A DNA stretch of 15,954 nucleotides from Saprospiraceae bacterium (GTDB lineage: Bacteria > Bacteroidota > Bacteroidia > Chitinophagales > Saprospiraceae): the NCBI GenBank assembly GCA_007121335.1, contig SKLY01000201.1, forward strand, positions 1-15,954. The letters are read 5' to 3'. Positions within the stretch are counted from its first letter, which is position 1, and each line of letters opens with the position of its first letter. The notes beneath the pieces are model-generated. The model did no database searches. It saw only the letters and a program-made list of their open reading frames with translations, and was not told where the DNA came from. The position numbers and the translations under genes were made by a program. Below are positions 8,776 to 15,249 of this stretch, one piece after another.

Positions 8776-9375
8776 ATGGGATTTTCGGGACTTGAAGAGT
8801 GGTGGCTGGCACTGGAAACAGAGCCCAGAATATTCTTTATCATAGCTGCTGTAGCCTCCGTGTTTTTCATTCTGCTTTTTATCGTTAGCCTGTTAGGTCT
8901 GGATGCGGATACGGATATAGATGGTGACATGGATACTGACCTGGGAGAAGTGGGGGATTTCTCCGTGTTATCTGTCCGTGGTGTGGTGGCCTTTTTCACT
9001 TTTTTCGGATGGGGAGGTTTTCTAATCTTAAATTCAGGTGGCAGCTTGCTACTCGCATTGGGATTTTCACTCTTTGCCGGACTGGCAGCCCTCTATATAG
9101 TAGGATACTTGCTCTACGTATTTAACAATTTGACCGAAACCGGCAATTGGGATATCCGCAATGCACTCTACCAGGAGGGAGAAGTTTATTTGCCCATTGG
9201 CGGTGATAAAGAGCCCGGGCGGGTGAATGTAATAGTAGGCGGAGTGCTGCGCGAATTGGAAGCTGTTTCTGTTGATTCAGAACCCATCAATACAGGCTCT
9301 CTGGTCTCTATAGTAGGGATTAGAGACGACGGCACATTGGTAGTCGAAGTCATTGAACAAATAGAAGAACCTTAA
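8776..9375 (+). CDS. NfeD-like membrane protein (YuaF/YqiJ type): three TM helices, an Asp-rich periplasmic loop and a C-terminal OB-fold beta-barrel.
   Basis: Hydrophobic segments are IFFIIAAVASVFFILLFIVSLLGL, VVAFFTFFGWGGFLIL and LLLALGFSLFAGLAALYIVGYLLYVF. The loop DADTDIDGDMDTD lies between TM1 and TM2. The C-terminal GEVYLPIGGDKEPGRVNVIVGGVLRELEAVSVDSEPINTGSLVSIVGIRDDGTLVVEV is typical of the NfeD beta-barrel domain. The gene ends 15 bp before the flotillin gene. Confidence 0.8.
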   Translation: MGFSGLEEWWLALETEPRIFFIIAAVASVFFILLFIVSLLGLDADTDIDGDMDTDLGEVGDFSVLSVRGVVAFFTFFGWGGFLILNSGGSLLLALGFSLFAGLAALYIVGYLLYVFNNLTETGNWDIRNALYQEGEVYLPIGGDKEPGRVNVIVGGVLRELEAVSVDSEPINTGSLVSIVGIRDDGTLVVEVIEQIEEP

Positions 9376-9390
9376 TAAAAAAATTTAGCC

Positions 9391-10920
9391 ATGGTACAAT
9401 CATCTTTAATTATTATTGCAGGTCTCGTTTTTCTGGTACTGCTCATGCTGCTTTATGCCGTCACACGCTACAAGCGGTGTCCGAGTGATAAAATCCTGGT
9501 TATATACGGAAGAACAGGGGCGGGCTCGGCCAAGTGTTTGGCCGGTGGTGCAGCCTTTGTCTGGCCGGTTATTCAGGACTATCAATTTCTCGACCTGACT
9601 CCCATTTCCATTGATGTCAATCTGCGGGGTGCACTGAGTAAACAAAACATACGGGTGAATGTCCCCTCCCGGTTCACTGTGGCCGTTTCCAACGATGCAA
9701 GTATTATGACCAATGCGGCTGAACGCTTGTTGGGAAAATCTAGAACAGAAATTGCCGACTTGTCAAAGGACATCATTTTTGGACAATTGAGGCTGGTGGT
9801 TGCGACCATGGATATCGAGGAGATAAACAGCGACCGCGATAAGTTTCTCTCCAATGTGACCAGTAATGTAGGATCGGAACTGAAAAAAATCGGACTTGCC
9901 CTCATCAACGTGAATGTCACCGACATCGAAGATGAGTCCAAATACATCGAGGCGCTCGGTAAAGAGGCCGCCGCTCACGCTATCAACGAGGCACGAGTAC
10001 GCGTGGCAGAAAGAGAAAGAGAGGGTTCCATCGGTGAGGCAGAAGCCAAAAGGGACCAGCGGGTCAAAGTGGCCAATGCAGAAGCAGACGCGGTATCGGG
10101 TGAGGCGGAAGCCAAAAAAGAGGAACGAGTGCGGGTAGCAGAGGCAAACGCAAGGTCTATCGAAGGCGAAAACCGCTCTCAGGTAAGTATTGCAAAATCT
10201 GACTCTGAGAGACGTAAAAAGGAAGCAGAAGCCAACAACCAGGCACTTGCCTCCGAAAAAGTAGAAGAGGCCAGGGCACTCGAAATTGCCTACCAGGCAG
10301 AGCAAAAAGCCGAAAAATCCAGGGCCGACAGAGAACGAGCAAGTCTGGCAGCAGACACCATCGTCAAGGCTGAAATCGCCAAGCGAAAAGCGGAAATTGA
10401 CGCCGAAGCCATGGCAGAAACCATCCGCAGAAAAGCTAAGGGTGAAGCTGATGCCATCTACATGAAAAAAGAAGCCGAAGCAAGGGGAATGTATGAATTG
10501 CTAACCAAGCAGGCCGATGGATTTGAAAAAATTGTCAAAGCCTCAGGTGGCGGACCACGCGATGCGGTATTAATGATGATTGCAGATAAACTCGAGGACC
10601 TCGTCAAAACCCAGGTGGACGCCATCAAAAACATCAAGATCGACAAGGTCACTGTCTGGGAAGGAGGCAACCAAAACGATGGTGAAGCCAACTCCACCAG
10701 CAAGTTCATCAGCGGCCTTTACAAATCGGTTCCTCCAATGAGTGACCTTTTCAATATGGCTGGAATGGACCTTCCCGGCTACCTTGGCAAAGCCAATAAG
10801 GGGGATGAGGATATCATCCGCGAACTGCCCGTCAAGGCAAAAAAGGAAGATGAAAGTCGTGATGCGAAAGAAGATGATAAGAGTAAAAAGGACGACAGTA
10901 ATTCAGGCAAAAAAGAGTGA
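9391..10920 (+). CDS. Flotillin-family protein (SPFH/band-7 domain plus EA-repeat coiled coil; FloT/YuaG/YqiK-like, 509 aa).
   Basis: An N-terminal TM anchor is followed by an SPFH domain (KRCPSDKILVIYGRTGAG...FVWPVIQDYQFLDLTPISIDV...). A long Ala/Glu-rich flotillin region has repeated EAEAK units, and the tail is Lys/Asp/Glu-rich. The length equals that of B. subtilis FloT. The gene forms an operon with the NfeD-like gene. Confidence 0.9.
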   Translation: MVQSSLIIIAGLVFLVLLMLLYAVTRYKRCPSDKILVIYGRTGAGSAKCLAGGAAFVWPVIQDYQFLDLTPISIDVNLRGALSKQNIRVNVPSRFTVAVSNDASIMTNAAERLLGKSRTEIADLSKDIIFGQLRLVVATMDIEEINSDRDKFLSNVTSNVGSELKKIGLALINVNVTDIEDESKYIEALGKEAAAHAINEARVRVAEREREGSIGEAEAKRDQRVKVANAEADAVSGEAEAKKEERVRVAEANARSIEGENRSQVSIAKSDSERRKKEAEANNQALASEKVEEARALEIAYQAEQKAEKSRADRERASLAADTIVKAEIAKRKAEIDAEAMAETIRRKAKGEADAIYMKKEAEARGMYELLTKQADGFEKIVKASGGGPRDAVLMMIADKLEDLVKTQVDAIKNIKIDKVTVWEGGNQNDGEANSTSKFISGLYKSVPPMSDLFNMAGMDLPGYLGKANKGDEDIIRELPVKAKKEDESRDAKEDDKSKKDDSNSGKKE

Positions 10921-11002
10921 TGCAGCCCGGTGATTAATTGCGCAGATTGAAACAGTCTGCAGTGGGGATTGTTAGAGACCAATCACCTGTTAATTATTTG
11001 GA

Positions 11003-11905
11003 TTGGGCCAAAGAGAAAATATACTGGGTTTTGCACTGCTGTTCATCCTTGGACTGACCTGGGGGTCATCTTATATCCTCATAAAAAAAGGCCTGATAGC
11101 TTTTTCTCCTCTGCAAGTGGCCATGTTGAGGTTTGGCCTTTCAGGTCTGGCATTTGCGCCACTTGCATTCAGGTATTTTTTCAAGCTATCGGCCACCGAA
11201 ATTTGGCGACTGGTTTTTGTCGGTCTGTTGGGGAGTGGACTGCCGGCAATTCTTTTTGCTTTGGCCCAAACCCGCATAAGCAGTTCGGCTGCCGGCATCC
11301 TCAGTTCTTTTACCCCATTGGCTACCTATTTTTTCGGACTGCTATTTTTCGGATTGGTTTTTTACCGCCGTAAATTCACAGGGGTGATAATCGGGCTGGC
11401 AGGGGCTATACTACTTATAGTCCAAAGCAACAACGGGGAACAAAGTGGCGATGTCTGGTACGGGGCACTTGTGCTGCTGGCCACCATTTGCTACGCTCTC
11501 AACGGAAACCTGATCAAGCACTATTTCCAAAATCACTCCCCTTTTCTAATTGCCACCATGAGTTTTTCACTAACGGGCTTTCCGGTCTTTGTGCTGCTCT
11601 TTGCCACCGATTTTACGGAAGTGCTGGCAACCCATCCACAGGGCTGGTCCTCGCTGGGCTACCTGGCCATCCTGGCTTTCGTAGGAACAGTGGCAGCATC
11701 GATTGTATTTTTCAAACTCGTACAGATAACCGATGCACTTTTTGCCTCCTCAGTCAGTTATTTGGTACCGCTTTTCGCCGTATTCTGGGGTGTGGTTGAC
11801 GGGGAAAACATTCACCTTTTTGACCTGGTTGGCATGCTGCTGATACTCGCCGGGATTTACTTTTCAAGAAGTCAAAAACCAACAGTTGAAACAGTACCCA
11901 AATAG
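11003..11905 (+). CDS. EamA-family (DMT superfamily) transporter with ten predicted TM helices in two EamA repeats.
   Basis: The 300-aa polytopic protein has an N-terminal LTWGSSYILIKKG and a second-half repeat, both EamA-like. The first in-frame start after the upstream stop is TTG at 11003. The next ATG would delete TM1. Confidence 0.82.
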   Translation: MGQRENILGFALLFILGLTWGSSYILIKKGLIAFSPLQVAMLRFGLSGLAFAPLAFRYFFKLSATEIWRLVFVGLLGSGLPAILFALAQTRISSSAAGILSSFTPLATYFFGLLFFGLVFYRRKFTGVIIGLAGAILLIVQSNNGEQSGDVWYGALVLLATICYALNGNLIKHYFQNHSPFLIATMSFSLTGFPVFVLLFATDFTEVLATHPQGWSSLGYLAILAFVGTVAASIVFFKLVQITDALFASSVSYLVPLFAVFWGVVDGENIHLFDLVGMLLILAGIYFSRSQKPTVETVPK

Positions 11906-12080
11906 TATTTCAAAATCCCATTTTCACTCTTTCACCAAAAAAATATCAATCCACAATTCTTCTCACTCCGGGACGAGGATATTATTTCATCCAAAATCAG
12001 CTAAGCAGGCCGATTTCAATCCCCTGTAATTGAACAATCATCCTGTTCCGGTTTTGTATTCTCAAGTAAAATGCCGCGAA

Positions 12081-12674
12081 ATGGACCGAATAAAAAAATG
12101 GTTTGGAGCCGGGGAAAAGAAGTCGGAAGAAGCCGGACAAGCCTATAAAAGTGAGCTGGAAGACGACATCGTCAATCGCGATGATTTCCTCAAATGGTCA
12201 GATAAAAAAGGTATCCTGGCTGACTTCCTTAAGGACCTGAGGACTGAATACGGCAAATATCTGACAGAGTCTGAGGAGCACGAAGAGTGGGTGGATTTTC
12301 TCAGAAGTCAGGGAGCAGATGGGTTCATGGTTCATACGCAAAAATACCCCGGAACCCTGTCCAAATGGATATATTTGGCAGAATACCTCAAAGACCAGAC
12401 GATGAGCTGGGGCTATAAACTATACTCCTCCGAAGAAGGCTCTGATGGCGGCGATGCCCCGGTCACTTATTTGAGATACTACTTTAAACCACCGATTAAA
12501 AACAAGCTTTCCAAACCCATTGACCAAATTTTTGGCAACATCACCATCGAGCTGAAAATGAGTGACGGCAATTCCGAATCACTGAAATACCAGGCACTCC
12601 ACTACAGCGACCGAAACTATCAGCCACCGAGAAATATCGGCCTTTTGTATGAGAGTATTTTTGAGCAGGAGTGA
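12081..12674 (+). CDS. Hypothetical cytoplasmic acidic protein of about 197 aa, with no recognisable domain.
   Basis: The ORF has host-like GC of about 50% and begins MDRIKKWFGAGEKK... It has no signal peptide and is rich in E/D/K/Y/W. The track's TTG start at 12030 is possible, but ATG 12081 is preferred. Confidence 0.6.
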   Translation: MDRIKKWFGAGEKKSEEAGQAYKSELEDDIVNRDDFLKWSDKKGILADFLKDLRTEYGKYLTESEEHEEWVDFLRSQGADGFMVHTQKYPGTLSKWIYLAEYLKDQTMSWGYKLYSSEEGSDGGDAPVTYLRYYFKPPIKNKLSKPIDQIFGNITIELKMSDGNSESLKYQALHYSDRNYQPPRNIGLLYESIFEQE

Positions 12675-12688
12675 GGTACAGTTAATTG

Positions 12689-12708
12689 ATGAGTCCACTC
12701 CAAAAACC
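12689..12708 (+). repeat. Left terminal inverted repeat (20 bp) atgagtccactccaaaaacc.
   Basis: It is the reverse complement, at 19/20 positions, of 12977-12996 (ggttttcggagtggactcat). The core atgagtccactcc is a 13/13 match. Confidence 0.9.
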
Positions 12709-12976
12709 TCTTTTTATTACAAATGGCTGCAAAGGCCAATTTCTTCGCCCCCTCCCCAAAGCATAGCCTGCCCCCCCAAAGCATTGGGGGGGCGGGAGGA
12801 CAAGAAAGCTATGGGGGTCTTTCCTCAACGTAGCTAAGGCTACGACTGAGGGCTACCCACCCGCTTCGCGGTTCAATCGCTTGAATGTCCCCCGGACGTT
12901 CACTCCCTAAACGGGGGATCGGTCTTTCACCTTCTTCCTCGATCTTGAATTTTTCGCTCATTTTCATGCACAAATT

Positions 12977-12996
12977 GGTTTTCGGAGTGGACTCAT
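12977..12996 (+). repeat. Right terminal inverted repeat (20 bp).
   Basis: ggttttcggagtggactcat is the reverse complement of the left IR at 19/20 positions. Confidence 0.9.
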
Positions 12997-13025
12997 TTAT
13001 TTGTGTTAACGTAATGTTAAATTTT

Positions 13026-13033
13026 TGGGGGGG
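13026..13033 (+). repeat. G8 homopolymer tract about 60 nt upstream of the Cys-rich ORF start.
   Basis: tttttgggggggg is read directly from the sequence. It is the longest G/C run in the window and sits in an otherwise AT-rich intergenic region. Confidence 0.9.
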
Positions 13034-13093
13034 GAATTTTTCTTGTAAACCTTCCGTTGCACACATGAAACTTTACAAAAACATAAAATTTGA

Positions 13094-13492
13094 GTGGTGA
13101 AATTAACAACCTTATTTACGTCAATTTACTTCTTAGTAGTTATTTCGTTAGGATTTCTTTATCATCCTAATAATTTTGAATCAAATACAATTACTTCATA
13201 TATTTCTTCAGCAGAAGGTTCAATTGAATCCAACAAAGAGGCACATTATTTTTTACCGCGATTTACGTTGGTTCAATATAATTGTACGGCAAGTGTATTT
13301 GCCTATTGTTGTTGCCATTGTGTTGGAGACGCACCCTGCTCAATGACATGTTATGAAGCACCAGGGAATTTTTTTGCGTGCCATTTTGGTGGAGGATTTG
13401 AATGCTCACCCTCTAGCTTAGGATTATGTGTAGTAAACCCTGGTCAGGAATGTATGGGGGAAAGTTGTTGCAGGCCGTGTTGGGGACCTTAA
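13094..13492 (+). CDS. Small signal-anchored cysteine-rich protein of 132 aa, with 14 Cys in the last 69 residues and a CCCHC motif. It could be a secreted Cys-rich peptide, toxin or RiPP-like precursor.
   Basis: A 399-nt ORF in roughly 30% GC DNA is unlikely by chance. It starts at GTG (13094 or 13097) with no ATG available. The N-terminal hydrophobic segment is LFTSIYFLVVISLGFLYHP. The C-terminus is YCCCHCVGDAPCSMTCYEAPGNFFACHFGGGFECSPSSLGLCVVNPGQECMGESCCRPCWGP. Confidence 0.5.
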   Translation: MVKLTTLFTSIYFLVVISLGFLYHPNNFESNTITSYISSAEGSIESNKEAHYFLPRFTLVQYNCTASVFAYCCCHCVGDAPCSMTCYEAPGNFFACHFGGGFECSPSSLGLCVVNPGQECMGESCCRPCWGP

Positions 13493-13544
13493 ACTTACTT
13501 AAACTGTCTGATAATTATTTTTATACTTTTTCAAATCATTAATT

Positions 13545-15134
13545 ATGAACTTGTTGTACAATACTTCTGGTTTGCTTAGGCAAAAATCACTTTACATAAT
13601 TGGTTTGATTGGTTTTGGTGGTTTATTATTCTACACCATTCCCTCGTATTATTATTCACAATTTGGAGAATCTCAATCCCCGGTAGAATTGGATGAACGC
13701 AATTTATCCGAAATTTGGGACTTTAGCATTGAAACCGATGGTGTGAATTTATTTTATGACACCCTTTTATTAACACCACTTCAACCAAATCCCTATTCTA
13801 ATCTTAATCGGGTCTTTAAACAAGAAGTGATTAATGAAAATCTCTATATGATGACCGAAGAAATGCCCGGGCAGGTTTTTAAGTATGGAACAGATGGAAC
13901 TTTCAAAGGGGTGATTGGAAGTACTAATTCTCAAGGTATGTCACGTAACTTTACATTCGACATATGCCCTGAAAGCGGGAATATAATTATTGCAAATACC
14001 TTAGATTCGACCATCAAAATTTATTCTCCTAAAGGGGAATTGCTCCGGAAAAAAGAGCCTGATTTCTTCTTCATAGACTTCAAATACTTTAGCAGCACAT
14101 CTAATTTCCTATTCCTTATCATTCAACCTGATCCCGGTTTTTCAATAAGCCAGCACCATAAACTCTACCTGGCAGATAGCAATATTACTATAATTGATAG
14201 TTTGTTTCCGTTTACTCCAAATCAATTGCATAAAGAACTCGGAGTATCCAGATCACTTAAGCAAAACCCAAATAAAGCCAATAAAGTATTTTTTGCAGAC
14301 ATGCTTCTGGGTGAAATTTATGAGATAGATGACAACGGCAATAAAACCTTAGCTTATAAAGTGGAGGATGGTATTGAAAACAGGGCAGATTCTTTAAGTG
14401 CCTTAAACCCCAATAACCTTAATAATCAAGATGTTAATAATAATCTTAAGTTCTATTCCATATTCGATTATCACCCTGGAAGTAATTTATTAGCGGTAGC
14501 TAAAACTAGCCTTGAGGGTCCCCGAAAAAACCTGATTTTTTCAAAGGATCACGGTACCGGATTAAAATTTGCCAGAGGAATTCGTTCGACGGGACCCTTT
14601 TTGGAAGGCCATCCCTTTATGTTTCACTTTGGTATTATTGACTTTATGAAAGACGATACGATAGGAACTATTATATCACCTGATTTGTGGAGTTTTATGA
14701 AGCCAACACTAACAGATCCTTCGATTGTTTTGGATCATACGATCCATTTGCCAGATTCTATTGAATATCCAATCCTGAAAATGGCAGTTTTAAAGGAAAG
14801 TTTCTTCGATGAAGAAGCATTGTCCTATTCCCGTTTAATTGATAAAAGTGAGTCAAGTAATAATGATTCGGGACAGAAATCCGATTACTTTTTGTATCCT
14901 AATCCAACAACAGGATTTGTACAAGTAGGAACCCATTCTTCCCAGAACAAGGAGGATTTAAGAAATATGACAGTAAAAATCTTTAATATTAATGGAGAGT
15001 TACTTGGAGAGTTTCCAGCAGAGAGCAAAATTGATTTAAGACAATTGGCAATTAGGACCGGAACCTATTTATTCTCTTTAGAAAATGAACTGGGTGAGCA
15101 AATTACTTCCAGGCCATTTTTATATCACTATTGA
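13545..15134 (+). CDS. T9SS-secreted cargo protein of 529 aa: N-terminal hydrophobic signal/anchor, central beta-propeller-like domain of unknown function and C-terminal Por-secretion-system sorting domain (type A CTD).
   Basis: The C-terminal ~80 aa read ...DYFLYPNPTTGFVQVG...MTVKIFNINGELLGEFPA...LRQLAIRTGTYLFSLENELGEQITSRPF... They carry the YPNPttG, IfninGelv and GtYlfsl hallmarks of the T9SS CTD. The middle region has Gly/Thr/Asp-rich strands (KYGTDGTFKGVIGST..., IIIANTLDSTIKIYSPKGELL) suggesting a beta-propeller or NHL-like fold. Confidence 0.8.
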   Translation: MNLLYNTSGLLRQKSLYIIGLIGFGGLLFYTIPSYYYSQFGESQSPVELDERNLSEIWDFSIETDGVNLFYDTLLLTPLQPNPYSNLNRVFKQEVINENLYMMTEEMPGQVFKYGTDGTFKGVIGSTNSQGMSRNFTFDICPESGNIIIANTLDSTIKIYSPKGELLRKKEPDFFFIDFKYFSSTSNFLFLIIQPDPGFSISQHHKLYLADSNITIIDSLFPFTPNQLHKELGVSRSLKQNPNKANKVFFADMLLGEIYEIDDNGNKTLAYKVEDGIENRADSLSALNPNNLNNQDVNNNLKFYSIFDYHPGSNLLAVAKTSLEGPRKNLIFSKDHGTGLKFARGIRSTGPFLEGHPFMFHFGIIDFMKDDTIGTIISPDLWSFMKPTLTDPSIVLDHTIHLPDSIEYPILKMAVLKESFFDEEALSYSRLIDKSESSNNDSGQKSDYFLYPNPTTGFVQVGTHSSQNKEDLRNMTVKIFNINGELLGEFPAESKIDLRQLAIRTGTYLFSLENELGEQITSRPFLYHY

Positions 15135-15249
15135 GTCAACCTTTCATTATTAATGAAAAAACGCTCGATGTGACATATTAATCATGGCTACTGGTACTTT
15201 AAATTTTTCCGTCCTTAATATATACAACCAAAAAACAATTCCCGGGCCA

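Larger units (their letters stand above)
12689..12996. mobile_element. 308-bp non-coding segment bounded by 20-bp inverted repeats and packed with GC-clamped hairpins. It is a candidate invertible promoter switch (inverton) or a MITE.
   Basis: The IRs are at 12689-12708 and 12977-12996. Internal hairpins are C7-aaagcatt-G7 (12771-12792), gtagc-taag-gctac (12830-12843) and tcccccg-17 nt-cggggga (12888-12918), and ccccaaagcat is duplicated. The segment starts 15 bp after the stop of the hypothetical gene and ends 97 bp before the Cys-rich ORF. No ORF is credible. The two track ORFs here both just translate the IR as ESTPKT. Confidence 0.5.

Noticed and set aside
10033-10118. Near-identical 20-nt direct repeat, ggtgaggc(a/g)gaagccaaaa, inside the flotillin gene.
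   Set aside because: It encodes successive GEAEAK units of the flotillin EA-repeat coiled coil. It is intragenic protein-level periodicity, not a mobile or regulatory repeat.
9406-10982. Minus-strand ORFs antisense to the flotillin gene (for example 9763-10305, 180 aa) and the plus-strand ORF 9914-10138.
   Set aside because: The flotillin EA-repeat region is GC- and purine-rich, which suppresses stop codons in other frames. The translations are Cys/Phe-rich nonsense.
12868-12882. tRNA-like T-loop string, cgcggttcaatcgc.
   Set aside because: No complementary T-stem, acceptor stem or anticodon arm can be built around it. It is an isolated motif inside the hairpin-rich element.
12649-13100. 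ORFs 12649-12837 (+), 12809-13066 (-) and 12885-13100 (+) inside and around the IR-bounded element.
   Set aside because: Both of the first two contain ESTPKT simply because each reads through one arm of the inverted repeat. The region is hairpin-dense and non-coding in character. The ORFs have no signal and no support.
13044-15148. Imperfect direct repeat, gt(a/c)aacctt(c/t)c(g/a)tt at 13044-13057 and 15135-15148, flanking the two-gene cassette as possible att sites.
   Set aside because: It is only an 11/14 match. By my estimate, searching about 100 x 100 bp of AT-rich flank would yield a couple of such matches by chance. It is not enough to claim site-specific integration.
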